64,000 bases of DNA from Clostridiales bacterium (GTDB taxonomy: Bacteria > Bacillota > Clostridia > Lachnospirales > Lachnospiraceae), in contig DUQV01000060.1 in NCBI GenBank assembly GCA_012837605.1, positions 10,079 to 74,078 on the forward strand, read 5' to 3'. The notes beneath the pieces are model-generated. The model was not told where the DNA came from. It did not search any database and worked only from the letters and a program-made list of their open reading frames with translations. The stretch's first letter is position 1; each line of letters starts with the position of its first letter. Both the position numbers and the translations under genes were made by a program. Shown here in pieces: positions 19,914-31,039 of this stretch.

Positions 19914-21842
19914 ATGAAGCATGGATTTATTAGAGTGGCAGCTGCCGTACCGCATATCAGGCTGGCTGATTGCAGCTACAATGCAGAGAAAATAATAAAT
20001 TGCATAGAGCAGGCAGAGCAAAAGGAAGTGAAACTCTTGGTTTTTCCTGAGCTTTGCGTTACAGGGTATACCTGCGGTGATCTGTTTCTTCAGGATATAT
20101 TGCTTTTGCGTGCTATGGAACAAATAAAAAGGATAGCAGCGGTTACTAAAGGAAAGGAGATTGTTGCAGTAATAGGTTTTCCATATGAAAGGCAAGGCAG
20201 GCTATATAATACCGCAGCAGTTATACACGGTGGGGAAATATTGGGACTTGTACCAAAGCAAAACATACCTAATCACGGTGAATTTTACGAATCAAGATAT
20301 TTTGCACAGGGTCCTCAAAAAGCCATTAAAGTAGACTTTTTGGGGGAGGAGGTATATTTTGGTTCAAGGATGCTGTTTGAATGCAGTGATATACCTGATT
20401 TTATCCTAGGTGTGGAGATATGTGAGGATTTGTGGGTTCCGATGTCTCCGGGGAATATTCATTGCTTAGAGGGAGCAACCATAATAGCTAATCTGTCAGC
20501 AAGCAATGAGATAGTCGGAAAGGCCGAGTATCGAAGAGAGTTGGTGAAGAGTCAGTCAAGCAGATTGATTTGCGGGTATGTATATGCGGATGCCGGTGAA
20601 GGGGAGTCAACTACAGATTTAGTATTTTCAGGTCATAGCCTGATAGCGGAGAATGGTATTATACTCTCAGAAGCAGAACGCTTTAAAAATGAAATGATAA
20701 TTAATGAGATTGATTTAGGTATAATACAGAGTGACAGAAGACGTATGAATACATATCATACGCAAGACTCTACAGACTATGTTCGTGTTAAGTATTCTAT
20801 ATCGAAGAATTTTAAGCTTAAAGAATATGAATTAGTCAGAAGGATAGACCCTTCGCCTTTTGTTTTGAATGATAATAACGAGTTGAATGAACGCTGCCGT
20901 GATATATTTACAATCCAGGTTATGGGATTAAAGGCAAGACTTAATCATGTTGGAGCAAAGTGTTCAATTATTGGAGTATCCGGCGGCTTGGATTCTACCT
21001 TAGCTATATTAGTGGTTCATAGGGCATTTGAGCTTCTAGGGCTTGATAAAAAGGATATTCTGGCTGTTACCATGCCGTGCTTTGGTACATCGGAGCGTAC
21101 TTATAATAATGCATTATCTATTGCAAAGAGTCTTGGAGCAACAGTTATGGAGATACCTATAAAGGATGCTGTTATCCGGCATTTTAAGGATATAGGACAT
21201 AATGCGGATGTTCATGACATTACTTATGAGAATGCACAGGCAAGAGAAAGAACTCAAGTGCTTATGGATTTGGCTAATAAGTATAACGGGCTTATGATTG
21301 GTCCCGGTGATATGTCTGAGCTTGTCCTAGGATGGACTACCTATAGCGGAGACCATATGTCGATGTATGGGGTTAATTCTTCCGTACCTAAGACATTGAT
21401 TCACTCAATTGTGAAATGGTATGCGCAGTCTACGGATAATGAAGAGATATCAGCAATATTAAGGGATGTTTTAGATACTCCTATCAGCCCGGAGCTGCTA
21501 CCGCCTGCTGAGGGAAAAGATTATCAGCGGACAGAGGATTATATAGGACCATATGAGCTGCATGATTTTTTCATGTACTATGTACTAAGGTATGGATTTT
21601 CTCCTAAGAAGGTGTATCGTCTGGCAAAGGCGGCATTTTTACAAAAATATAAGGAAGAGGAATTATTAAAGTGGCTGCAGGTGTTCTATCGCAGATTCTT
21701 TGCCCAGCAATATAAGAGATCCTGTCTTCCTGACGGACCGAAGGTGGGGTCTGTATCCATATCCCCAAGGGGAGACCTTAGGATGCCCAGTGATGCTAAA
21801 GTAAAGCTGTGGCTGGATGAATTAAATGGTATATCATTATAG
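19914..21842 (+). CDS. nadE: Glutamine-dependent NAD+ synthetase
   Basis: Nitrilase domain (VFPEL, PK, EICEDLW) plus SGGLDST, ENAQARERT, PISPEL, QYKRSCLPDGPKV; likely ATG 19914. Confidence 0.95.
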   Translation: MKHGFIRVAAAVPHIRLADCSYNAEKIINCIEQAEQKEVKLLVFPELCVTGYTCGDLFLQDILLLRAMEQIKRIAAVTKGKEIVAVIGFPYERQGRLYNTAAVIHGGEILGLVPKQNIPNHGEFYESRYFAQGPQKAIKVDFLGEEVYFGSRMLFECSDIPDFILGVEICEDLWVPMSPGNIHCLEGATIIANLSASNEIVGKAEYRRELVKSQSSRLICGYVYADAGEGESTTDLVFSGHSLIAENGIILSEAERFKNEMIINEIDLGIIQSDRRRMNTYHTQDSTDYVRVKYSISKNFKLKEYELVRRIDPSPFVLNDNNELNERCRDIFTIQVMGLKARLNHVGAKCSIIGVSGGLDSTLAILVVHRAFELLGLDKKDILAVTMPCFGTSERTYNNALSIAKSLGATVMEIPIKDAVIRHFKDIGHNADVHDITYENAQARERTQVLMDLANKYNGLMIGPGDMSELVLGWTTYSGDHMSMYGVNSSVPKTLIHSIVKWYAQSTDNEEISAILRDVLDTPISPELLPPAEGKDYQRTEDYIGPYELHDFFMYYVLRYGFSPKKVYRLAKAAFLQKYKEEELLKWLQVFYRRFFAQQYKRSCLPDGPKVGSVSISPRGDLRMPSDAKVKLWLDELNGISL

Positions 21843-21937
21843 GATATATCATCCTGACATAACAGGCTTAAAATATAGTACGATTATGTGATGACTGCGT
21901 ATGAGTACAAGTTTGCAAAACAGAAAGGAAGAAAACT

Positions 21938-22819
21938 ATGGCACTAAGGATTGTTACAGATTCAGCATCGGATACACCTAAGTGGGTAATCGAGGAGTAT
22001 GGGCTGCATGTAATACCGACACCTGTAGTTATTGATGGAACGGATTATTTTGACGGAAAGACAATATTTCCCGAGGAGTTCTATGATATCTTAAGATCCG
22101 GAAAGGACATTAAGACATATCATATTAATTCTCAGATGTTTTACGATAATTTTCTGCCTTATGCCCAAAATAATGATGAGGTAATATACATATGTTTTTC
22201 TACCGGTATTGCGGGAACATTCAATGCAGCTAATATTGCTAAAACCGAACTGTTGGAAGAATACCCTGAATTTGACTTGACCATTATTGATTCCAAGTGT
22301 GCTTCACTGGGCTTTGGGCTGGCAGCTTATTATGCTTTGAAGATGCAAAGAAACGGTGCAAGTAAAGAAGAAATCATAGAAGGAATAATTTGGCATTGCA
22401 GGCATATGGAGCAGATATTTACAGTTAAGACATTGGAATACCTTCTAAAAGGCGGACGATTAAGTAAAACCTCAGCAATTGCAGGAAGTATTCTTGATAT
22501 CAAGCCGATTCTTGAAGTAAATGATTCAGGTGCTCTTGTAGCTTTAGATAAGGTAAGGGGAAGGAATAAATCTTTAAAACGCCTGATTGATATTGTTGGT
22601 GAAAGAGGGAAGGATTTATCCGGTCAAACCATAGGTATTGCACATGGAGATGATGCCGAGACTATGGAAGCAGTTAAAGAGGTGCTTAAGAATACATATG
22701 GATGTAATGATTTTTTAGAGAATTATGTAGGCTGTGCTATCGGAGCTCATACAGGTCCGGGCATAATCGGTATAGTATTTTTAAATGAAGAGTCTCCATA
22801 TAAAGACTATTTACGGTAA
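21938..22819 (+). CDS. DegV family fatty-acid-binding protein
   Basis: IVTDSASD, IIDSKCAS, YLLKGGRL, IKPIL, IGAHTGPG. Confidence 0.93.
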   Translation: MALRIVTDSASDTPKWVIEEYGLHVIPTPVVIDGTDYFDGKTIFPEEFYDILRSGKDIKTYHINSQMFYDNFLPYAQNNDEVIYICFSTGIAGTFNAANIAKTELLEEYPEFDLTIIDSKCASLGFGLAAYYALKMQRNGASKEEIIEGIIWHCRHMEQIFTVKTLEYLLKGGRLSKTSAIAGSILDIKPILEVNDSGALVALDKVRGRNKSLKRLIDIVGERGKDLSGQTIGIAHGDDAETMEAVKEVLKNTYGCNDFLENYVGCAIGAHTGPGIIGIVFLNEESPYKDYLR

Positions 22820-22858
22820 TGATTGAACGTATTTCAATTAAACAATGTTAAATTGAAC

Positions 22859-22912
22859 AACGTTCTATAAGGAATCAGCCGATAATGAAAGGCTTACTGC
22901 TTATAGAACGTT
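22859..22912. terminator. Bidirectional terminator-like inverted repeat
   Basis: AACGTTCTATAAG...CTTATAGAACGTT between convergent genes. Confidence 0.6.
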
Positions 22913-22940
22913 ATTCTAAGAAGGTGCTATGTAAGTATGA

Positions 22941-23375
22941 TTAGGGTGAGACTTTGGCTTTGTCGAGGGCTGCTTTAATCGCTTCAATCAGAAGGGTTTG
23001 AGTATACCTGTTGTGATCATTTAGTTTTAGCTGGTCTATTGGAACATCATTGTATAATTGCTCTGATAGTTCATCTAAGGCAGGTTCAACAAGCGGATAC
23101 ATTGTAGTTATTGTTTCGTCAATATTGACTATGCGTACCGAGTTAATATGATTTTCATCCAATACCACTTCAATATTAATTACCGTATCACTTAGTGGGA
23201 TGGAGGAGGTCCATACTCCGGCTTTATATAGCGGGGTGTTGGAGGTGACATCTTCATTATCCTTTCCGCTGAACATAAATATTAACAGAAGAATCAGAAG
23301 TATACCTAAAGCGGCAAATATTACCGTATATATTATTTCTTTCAATTGGATAACGACTATCTTCGTCTTTGCCAT
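22941..23375 (-). CDS. Single-TM protein with a degenerate FMN_bind-like extracellular domain
   Basis: MAKTKIVVIQLKE, TM helix, YKAGVWTS...IEVVLDENHINSV...LIEAIKAALDKAK; ATG 23375 after GGAGG. Confidence 0.6.
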   Translation of the reverse strand: MAKTKIVVIQLKEIIYTVIFAALGILLILLLIFMFSGKDNEDVTSNTPLYKAGVWTSSIPLSDTVINIEVVLDENHINSVRIVNIDETITTMYPLVEPALDELSEQLYNDVPIDQLKLNDHNRYTQTLLIEAIKAALDKAKVSP

Positions 23376-23538
23376 TTCTATCCTCCGGAGCATAATAGCT
23401 TCTTTGTCTTAATCTTATTATATATTATTATTCAGTAATATAATTTATGCCATAAAACAATAAACAAAAACAACTGAGCATAGCACATGTGCTGAGGAAA
23501 CCGTATATTTTCTTTACTGGAAGGATGGAGGAACGGTT

Positions 23539-26500
23539 ATGTCCCTGCAGTTTTATCTTGGAAGTGCCGGTTCGGGCAAGTCCTATCAAATGTATCGTAA
23601 TATTATAGAGGAATCGCAGAAGAATCCCGGAACCAATTATCTTGTTATTGTTCCGGAGCAGTTCACTCTGCAGACACAGAAGGATATTGTATCCATGCAT
23701 CCGAATCATGGTGTGATGAATGTGGATATTTTATCTTTTATGAGATTTGCATATAGGATATTTGATGAGGTGGGCGGTAATGCCTACCCTATTTTAGAAG
23801 ACACCGGTAAAAGTATGGTACTGCGCAAGGTAGTGACAGAAAAGAGGAAGGATCTGATTCTTTTTGGTGCGGCTGTCAAAAAAACAGGCTTTATTAATGA
23901 GCTCAAATCCCTACTGTCAGAGTTTTATCAGTATAATATCAAACCGGGTGACTTTGAGCAGATGATGGAGATATCGGCAAAGAAACCGGTATTAAAAGCC
24001 AAGCTTCATGATATTCGTGTAATATACGACGGTTTTGCTGACTATATGAAGGAGCGTTATATAACTGCAGAAGAGATTCTTATTGTACTAAGCAAAGTCA
24101 TTGATAAATCTGACTGGCTGAGAAACAGTGTGATATGCCTGGACGGGTTTACCGGCTTTACTCCATGCCAGAATGAAATACTTGCGAGGATGATGTCGCT
24201 TGCAAAGAAGGTTATGGTTACGGTTACTATTGATCCAAGAGAGGTTTTACATGATAAACAATCGGAACACCGATTGTTTGGATTGAGTCATAAAACTATA
24301 GATAAGCTCTGTGAGATTGCTGAGAAAACCAATACGAAGGTAGAAGAACCTATCTATGTGCAGGGCAGGAATGGATATAAGGTTCCTTATCGGTTTCGCA
24401 GTTCACCGGCATTGGCTTTTCTGGAGAAAAATCTGTTCCGCTATCCTTACGAGGTATATCGTGCAGAGCAGGATGAAATCAGTGTTCATGGAGCTAAGAA
24501 CCCGGAAGCGGAGATAACCTTTGCTATAAGGGAAATAAAGAGGTTAATAAGAGAAGAAGGCTTTCGCTATCGGGATATAGCGATTGTTACAGGGGATATA
24601 GAAAGATATGGAAGGATAGCCAAGTATTATTTTGAACAAGCGAATATTCCCTGCTTTATAGATTATAAGAAGGAGATTTTAAGTAATCCGTTTGTAGTAT
24701 TTATCAGATCGGCTGCTCAGATTGCAGCAGAGGATTACAGTTATGAAGCGGTATTTGGCTACTTAAGGACAGGGCTAAGTGATATATCACAGGAGGATGC
24801 TGATGTCTTGGAGGATTATGTCATAGCCATGGGCATAAGAGGTTCTAAGCGTTATCTGGAGCCGTTCATAAAAACCTATGGAAGAAAGAAACCTATTAAT
24901 CTGGAGAGACTCAACTTAATAAGAGATAAACTTGTCAGTGAAGTACATCCCTTGTATGAAGAACTCAAGAATAAGGATAATACAGTTAAGGATTATATTC
25001 ATGCACTTTATGAATTAGGCATAAGGCTAAATGTATGGGAAAAGCTAAAGAAGCTTAGAGACAGCTTTAAAGAACAGGAACAACCGCTTATGTCTAAGGA
25101 ATATGAGCAGATCTACCGGATAGTGATGGAGCTTTATGATCAGATTGTATTGCTTCTTGGGGAGGAGCACGTAGGTCTTAAGGAATTCACAGAGATCCTT
25201 GAAACCGGTCTTGTTGAAGCGAAGATAGGACTTATTCCCCCCGGGATGGATGAGATAGTTATAGGTGATACACAGCGTACAAGGTTAAAGGATATCAGGG
25301 CTTTGTTCTTTATCGGGTTTAATGAGGGTATAGTACCCAAATCAATCGGAGGCGGTGGTATTCTATCGGATATTGACAGGGAGCTTCTTGCAGGTGGTGG
25401 CATAGAGCTGGCTCCAACGAAGCGGCAGCAGACATTTACTGAAAATTTCTATATATATTTGAGCATGACCAAGCCGAAGGATAAGCTTTATATAACCTTC
25501 CACAGAGTAGATGAGGAGGGCAAATCCGTTCCGCCGTCTTACTTAATAGGTAAGCTGATGACTTATTTTAAAAAATTGAAGGTCATCTATGAAGATGATG
25601 CGGCTGATAATCTGGAATATATACTTCAGGATGAAGGAGTAAACTATCTTGCAGAGAGTCTGCGAAGATACAGAAGCGGTATCATGGATGCAAATAATGT
25701 GCAGTATAAGCATGGTACTGAAGGAGAAGAAAAAAATAGGGAAGATAGAGCATTTCAAATATTTGGCGAGATATATAAATGCTATATGGATGATGAAGAA
25801 AAATATAAGATTCTTGAGCTTCTTAAATCAGGAGCTTTCTATGTGAATACCGAAAGAGGTATATCAAAGAAAGCGGCCAATCTTCTTTACGGAAAGAGTT
25901 TAAGCGGGAGTGTTACCAGACTTGAGCGTTATGCAGGCTGTGCATTTGCACATTTTATGGCTTATGGACTTTCCTTGGAGGAACGCAGAGAATATAAGCT
26001 GGCTGTTCCGGATATCGGAAACATCTTTCATAATGCTATTGATGAATTTTCCAAGATGCTGGATGTCAGTGATTATAATTGGCATACCATTCCTGACGAT
26101 GTCAGAGAGGAATGGGCTTTAAAATGCGTTCAGAAAGCTGTGGAGGAGTTTGAAGGAGGCTACATAAGAAGTAGTAAGAGAAATGAATATCTTATAAAGA
26201 GGATTGAAAGGATTACGGTAAGAACTCTTTGGGCACTGTGTAATCAGATACGTCAGGGAGCGTTTGAGCCTGCAGGATATGAGATGCCATTTTATCATAT
26301 TCCTGATGAGGGGCTGTCGCTAAAAGGTAGAATTGATAGAATGGACTTATACGAGACAGAGGATAAGATATATGTACGGGTAGTTGATTACAAGTCCGGT
26401 AATACGACCTTCGATATTCAGAGTATATACTATGGCCTGCAGCAGCAGCTTGCCATATATTTAAGTGCTGCCATGGATTTTCTGAGCAGTCAGAATAAGG

Positions 26501-26997
26501 ATAAGGAAATAATCCCTGCAGGAATACTCTATTATCATATAGACGATCCCATAGTAGCTAAATCCAATCAGGTTGACGAGGATATATATAAGAGCTTGAA
26601 GATGAACGGACTGGTGAATGATGATAAAGAGGCAATAGGATTAATGGACAGCAACATGGCAGGGGCTGACGGTACACTTCGAGGCGGCGTAAAGTCGGAT
26701 ATAATACCTGTGGATACGAATAAAGAAGGGGAACTGTCAAAGCGTTCAGCTGTCGCAAGCGGGAAGCAGATAAAAATGCTGCTGGACTATGTTAACAGAA
26801 AGCTTGTAGAGGATAAGGACAATATATTAGATGGTGATACCAGACTTAATCCATATAAATCGGGAGGGAACAGTGCCTGCAAATATTGTGAGTTTAGGAG
26901 TGCCTGCGGATTCGACCCGAGACTTCCCGGATACAGTTATCGTAATTTGGCTAAAAGACCTGTAGATGAGCTGAAGAAGGAGATATGGGGAGCATAG
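23539..26997 (+). CDS. addB: ATP-dependent helicase/nuclease subunit B
   Basis: GSAGSGKS, VPEQFT, DGFTGFTP, GRIDRMD, VDYKSG, Fe-S cysteines GCAF and CKYCEFRSAC. Confidence 0.95.
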   Translation: MSLQFYLGSAGSGKSYQMYRNIIEESQKNPGTNYLVIVPEQFTLQTQKDIVSMHPNHGVMNVDILSFMRFAYRIFDEVGGNAYPILEDTGKSMVLRKVVTEKRKDLILFGAAVKKTGFINELKSLLSEFYQYNIKPGDFEQMMEISAKKPVLKAKLHDIRVIYDGFADYMKERYITAEEILIVLSKVIDKSDWLRNSVICLDGFTGFTPCQNEILARMMSLAKKVMVTVTIDPREVLHDKQSEHRLFGLSHKTIDKLCEIAEKTNTKVEEPIYVQGRNGYKVPYRFRSSPALAFLEKNLFRYPYEVYRAEQDEISVHGAKNPEAEITFAIREIKRLIREEGFRYRDIAIVTGDIERYGRIAKYYFEQANIPCFIDYKKEILSNPFVVFIRSAAQIAAEDYSYEAVFGYLRTGLSDISQEDADVLEDYVIAMGIRGSKRYLEPFIKTYGRKKPINLERLNLIRDKLVSEVHPLYEELKNKDNTVKDYIHALYELGIRLNVWEKLKKLRDSFKEQEQPLMSKEYEQIYRIVMELYDQIVLLLGEEHVGLKEFTEILETGLVEAKIGLIPPGMDEIVIGDTQRTRLKDIRALFFIGFNEGIVPKSIGGGGILSDIDRELLAGGGIELAPTKRQQTFTENFYIYLSMTKPKDKLYITFHRVDEEGKSVPPSYLIGKLMTYFKKLKVIYEDDAADNLEYILQDEGVNYLAESLRRYRSGIMDANNVQYKHGTEGEEKNREDRAFQIFGEIYKCYMDDEEKYKILELLKSGAFYVNTERGISKKAANLLYGKSLSGSVTRLERYAGCAFAHFMAYGLSLEERREYKLAVPDIGNIFHNAIDEFSKMLDVSDYNWHTIPDDVREEWALKCVQKAVEEFEGGYIRSSKRNEYLIKRIERITVRTLWALCNQIRQGAFEPAGYEMPFYHIPDEGLSLKGRIDRMDLYETEDKIYVRVVDYKSGNTTFDIQSIYYGLQQQLAIYLSAAMDFLSSQNKDKEIIPAGILYYHIDDPIVAKSNQVDEDIYKSLKMNGLVNDDKEAIGLMDSNMAGADGTLRGGVKSDIIPVDTNKEGELSKRSAVASGKQIKMLLDYVNRKLVEDKDNILDGDTRLNPYKSGGNSACKYCEFRSACGFDPRLPGYSYRNLAKRPVDELKKEIWGA

Positions 26998-27074
26998 GTC
27001 AGAACAGAATAATGTGTGCATAAGTACATTAGGGTGTACTTGAAATTATATAGATTCGATAAAGGGGGATACCC

Positions 27075-30000
27075 ATGAGCATGACGTGGACAAAAGCACA
27101 GCAGAAGGTAATTGATACAAGAAATAAAAATCTTTTGGTATCTGCGGCAGCAGGCTCCGGCAAGACTGCCGTACTTGTTGAGCGTATTATTAATATGATT
27201 TCAGAAGGAGATAATCCACTTGATATAGATCATCTTCTGGTGGTTACATTTACAAATGCTGCAGCTGCTCAGATGAAAGACAGGATAGGTAAAGCACTGG
27301 ACAAAAGACTTGTTGAGGAACCGGATAATACGCATCTGCAAAAACAGGTTTCTCTGCTGCAGAGTGCACACATAACTACAATTCACAGTTTTTGTTTGAA
27401 TATTATAAGGAATTATTTTCACCATATTGATCTTGATCCTGCTTTTAAGATGGCGGAGGAATCAGAAATTACTCTGCTGAAATCGGATTGTCTGGCTGAT
27501 GTACTGGAGAATTGGTATGAGGAAGGAAGGGAGGACTTTCATCAGCTTATTGAGAGTTATTCACGGTCAAAATCAGATCTTCCCATAGAGGATCTGGTAC
27601 TTTCTCTGTATAATTTTGCCATGAGCAATCCTTGGCCTAAAAAGTGGCTTAAAGGAATCGGAGCATCCTTTAGATTAAATACCATTGATGAGCTGAATAA
27701 TGCAGCATGGATGAATGAACTTCTAAATTATGTATCAGAAGTTATCAAGGATCTGATAAAAAAAGCGGAGATAGCAATTGAAATATGCAATGACAGTGAC
27801 GGTCCTGCTGCGTATCTTCCGGCATTATTGGATGATCTTCGTATTTTATCCGGTCTTTCAAAGCTGACTTCATATGAGGATTATGCCAAAGCTTTATCGG
27901 ATATATCCTACATGCGTCTGTCATCTAAAAGACAGACAGAGGTATCAGAGGTTAAGAAGGATAAGGTTAAAAGCTTAAGAAGTGAGATTAAAAAGGGCAT
28001 TGGCGATCTTATTTCTTCATTCTTCTTCCAAACCACAGATGAAATGCTTGAGGATATGCAGGCAGTGGGTAAGGTTATGGAGGTTTTATCAGAGCTTACC
28101 TTGGATTTTATGGAAGCCTTTGCAGCTAAAAAGGAAGAAAAGAATATATTGGATTTTAATGATTTGGAGCATTTCGCTCTGAAGATATTAATTTCTGAAA
28201 ATAATGGTGAGATCGTTCCTACAAAGGCTGCTGTGGAGCTTAGTGAGCATTTTGACGAGATACTTATTGACGAGTATCAGGACAGCAACCTTGTTCAGGA
28301 GACTATTTTGAGAATTATATCAAGAGAATGGCAGGGAGAGCAAAACAGGTTCATGGTTGGAGATGTAAAGCAGAGCATCTACAAATTCCGTTTGGCAATG
28401 CCTGAGCTTTTCCTTGAAAAATATAAATCCTACGGCATACATGATCAGGATGAAGAAGGCAATATTAATTTAAATCAGAGGATTGACCTAGATAAGAATT
28501 TCAGAAGCAGAAAAGTTGTACTGGATTTTGTTAATGCCATCTTTGAACAAATTATGACTGAGCCTATAGGCGGTATTCATTATGATGATGCTGCCTCATT
28601 AAAATATGGGGAATTATATGAGGAATTAATACATACACATGAGAATGAGCCGGATTCAGACCTTAGCCATGCTATGAACAGAATTTCCAAGGATGTGGAA
28701 CTTATATTGGTAACCGATGAGGAGCCTTCTGAGAATGAGGACGGTTTATCGGATTCCAAAGAGAAAAACAGCATCAATGATGCGGATAATCTTAAGGAGG
28801 ACATATCGGGCTTATATAATGAAGATGATGAGATAGAATATTCCAAGAAAGAATTGGAGGCCAGAGCGGCTGCAAACAGGATTAAGGAATTGATTAATCC
28901 GGATAACGGACTGCTTTTGTTTGACAGAGAGACCTTAACTCATCGGCCGGCACAGCTTAAGGATATAGTTATACTTCTTCGCACCATGGCGGGATGGTCT
29001 GATGTATATGTAAATACCCTGATGCAGGAGGGAATCCCGGCTTACGCGGATACCGGAACCGGTTATTTTCAGACGGTTGAGATAATGACTGTACTAAATA
29101 TGCTTAAGATTATGGATAACCCTAGGCAGGATATTGCATTTACAGGTGTATTGTATTCCAAGCTGGTCGGACTGACCACAGATGAACTGGCTTATATCAG
29201 GCTTATGGACAGGACTCTGACAATGTATGAAGCTTCACTTGTATATGTGAATGAAGGAAATAATGAAGAATTGAAGAATAAACTTAAGGATTTTTTGGAT
29301 AAGCTTCATACCCTCCGCGACAAGATGATATACACTCCGATTCATGAGCTTATTCAAGAGGTTCTTGATATGACAGGATATGCATATTATGTTATGGCGA
29401 TGCCGGGAGGAGACAGAAGGAAAGCCAATATAGATATGCTGATTTCTCTGGCTGTAAGCTTTGAGAAGGGAAGCTACAGAAGTCTGTTTCATTTTATCAG
29501 GTATGTGGAAAAGCTTCATAAATATGATGTAGATTACGGAGAAGCATCCACTATGGGCGAGCAGGAGAATGCAGTCAGGATTATGAGTATTCATAAGAGT
29601 AAGGGTCTTGAATTTCCTATTGTAATCATAGGAGGTCTAAGCAAACAGTTTAATATGCAGGACCAAAGAAGTAAAATATTGTTCGATTCCTGTTATGGAG
29701 TAGGACCCGATTATATCGACATCGAAAGAAGAACGAAGGTTCAGACTCTGCTAAAGAAAGTGCTTCAGAAGAAAATTCGTATTGACAGTCTCGGAGAAGA
29801 GCTTAGAGTGCTTTATGTAGCAATGACAAGAGCTAAAGAGAAGCTTATTATGACGGGTTATCTTAAGTCGGCAGAGGATCTGAATATTCAGAAGGATTTC
29901 TCGTTCTATGAGCTGATGTCGGCAAAAAGTTATCTTGATCTGGTGCTTCCTGCTATGAATAATGCATTTACCGATTATATGAAGATTACTCTGCTTCGTC

Positions 30001-30908
30001 AGGAGAATATTATTTTTGAAGAAGCCGCAAAGCAGCAGTTTTTGCAGCATGATTTAAAGGAGCTTGAGGCAGAGATTGCAGCCCTTGAAAGTAATGAGGA
30101 CATTCAGAATGAAGTAAATAAGAGATTATATTATAAATATCCGTATGACGATGAGACAAAGCTAAGAGTAAAGCTGTCGGTATCCGAGCTTAAAAAGCTT
30201 GGTCAATTTGTTGATGATGAGGATAGCGTGATTCTTTATGAGAGTATAGAAAAGGATGAGTCAGCATTTGAGGAACCGACATTTGATAAGGCATATGATG
30301 CTGAATCCGATGCATCATCTAAGAACCAAGTGATGTATGACGATGACGATCGGTATATTCCTGATTTCATTAAAGGATCCGGTTCAGTAATCAGGGGAAC
30401 TGACAGGGGAACTCTGTATCATAAGGTGCTGGAGCTTCTTGATTTGACCAAAGTAAATGATTACGATGATTTGTTAAAAGAGCTTGACAGGATGGCTAAT
30501 TCGGGCAAAGTATCAGAGAATGATATGAGAAGTCTTAATATACACAGTATATACACATTTACCCGAAGTGATATTGCCAAGCGTATTATCAGAGCCAAGA
30601 CAGCAGGAAAGCTGTATAAGGAGAAGCAATTCGTTATCGGATTAAAGGTCTGTGAGGTGTATCCTGATCAGACCGGTGATGAGCCGGTTCTTGTGCAGGG
30701 AATAATAGATTTGTTTTTTGAAGAGGACGGGAAGCTTGTTATCGTCGATTATAAATCTGATATTGTCAAGGAGGAAACGCAGTTAATAAACAGATATAAG
30801 ATTCAGCTTGTTTACTATAAGAAGGCTCTGGAGCAGATAACAAATAAAGAGGTAAGTGAAATGATTATATATTCGTTGTATCTGGGAAAAGAGATTAAGG
30901 TTGAATAA
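27075..30908 (+). CDS. addA: ATP-dependent helicase/nuclease subunit A
   Basis: SAAAGSGKT, TFTNAAA, DEYQD, VGDVKQSIYKFR, SIHKSKGLE, YVAMTRA, QGIID, DYKSD. Confidence 0.96.
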   Translation: MSMTWTKAQQKVIDTRNKNLLVSAAAGSGKTAVLVERIINMISEGDNPLDIDHLLVVTFTNAAAAQMKDRIGKALDKRLVEEPDNTHLQKQVSLLQSAHITTIHSFCLNIIRNYFHHIDLDPAFKMAEESEITLLKSDCLADVLENWYEEGREDFHQLIESYSRSKSDLPIEDLVLSLYNFAMSNPWPKKWLKGIGASFRLNTIDELNNAAWMNELLNYVSEVIKDLIKKAEIAIEICNDSDGPAAYLPALLDDLRILSGLSKLTSYEDYAKALSDISYMRLSSKRQTEVSEVKKDKVKSLRSEIKKGIGDLISSFFFQTTDEMLEDMQAVGKVMEVLSELTLDFMEAFAAKKEEKNILDFNDLEHFALKILISENNGEIVPTKAAVELSEHFDEILIDEYQDSNLVQETILRIISREWQGEQNRFMVGDVKQSIYKFRLAMPELFLEKYKSYGIHDQDEEGNINLNQRIDLDKNFRSRKVVLDFVNAIFEQIMTEPIGGIHYDDAASLKYGELYEELIHTHENEPDSDLSHAMNRISKDVELILVTDEEPSENEDGLSDSKEKNSINDADNLKEDISGLYNEDDEIEYSKKELEARAAANRIKELINPDNGLLLFDRETLTHRPAQLKDIVILLRTMAGWSDVYVNTLMQEGIPAYADTGTGYFQTVEIMTVLNMLKIMDNPRQDIAFTGVLYSKLVGLTTDELAYIRLMDRTLTMYEASLVYVNEGNNEELKNKLKDFLDKLHTLRDKMIYTPIHELIQEVLDMTGYAYYVMAMPGGDRRKANIDMLISLAVSFEKGSYRSLFHFIRYVEKLHKYDVDYGEASTMGEQENAVRIMSIHKSKGLEFPIVIIGGLSKQFNMQDQRSKILFDSCYGVGPDYIDIERRTKVQTLLKKVLQKKIRIDSLGEELRVLYVAMTRAKEKLIMTGYLKSAEDLNIQKDFSFYELMSAKSYLDLVLPAMNNAFTDYMKITLLRQENIIFEEAAKQQFLQHDLKELEAEIAALESNEDIQNEVNKRLYYKYPYDDETKLRVKLSVSELKKLGQFVDDEDSVILYESIEKDESAFEEPTFDKAYDAESDASSKNQVMYDDDDRYIPDFIKGSGSVIRGTDRGTLYHKVLELLDLTKVNDYDDLLKELDRMANSGKVSENDMRSLNIHSIYTFTRSDIAKRIIRAKTAGKLYKEKQFVIGLKVCEVYPDQTGDEPVLVQGIIDLFFEEDGKLVIVDYKSDIVKEETQLINRYKIQLVYYKKALEQITNKEVSEMIIYSLYLGKEIKVE

Positions 30909-31039
30909 AAGAATGAATAATTTAATAAATAATTAAATAAATCAAAATCAATTATTATTCTTGTGATACCTTTGAATTGGAATATTCTATTTTAAGATGG
31001 TTACACTTTAGAAAAGAAATACGGAAAGGGTGTAACAGG

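Noticed and set aside
30977-31039. N-terminal extension of the SASP ORF
   Set aside because: The RBS favours ATG 31040; this stretch more likely holds a forespore-type promoter, too weak to call
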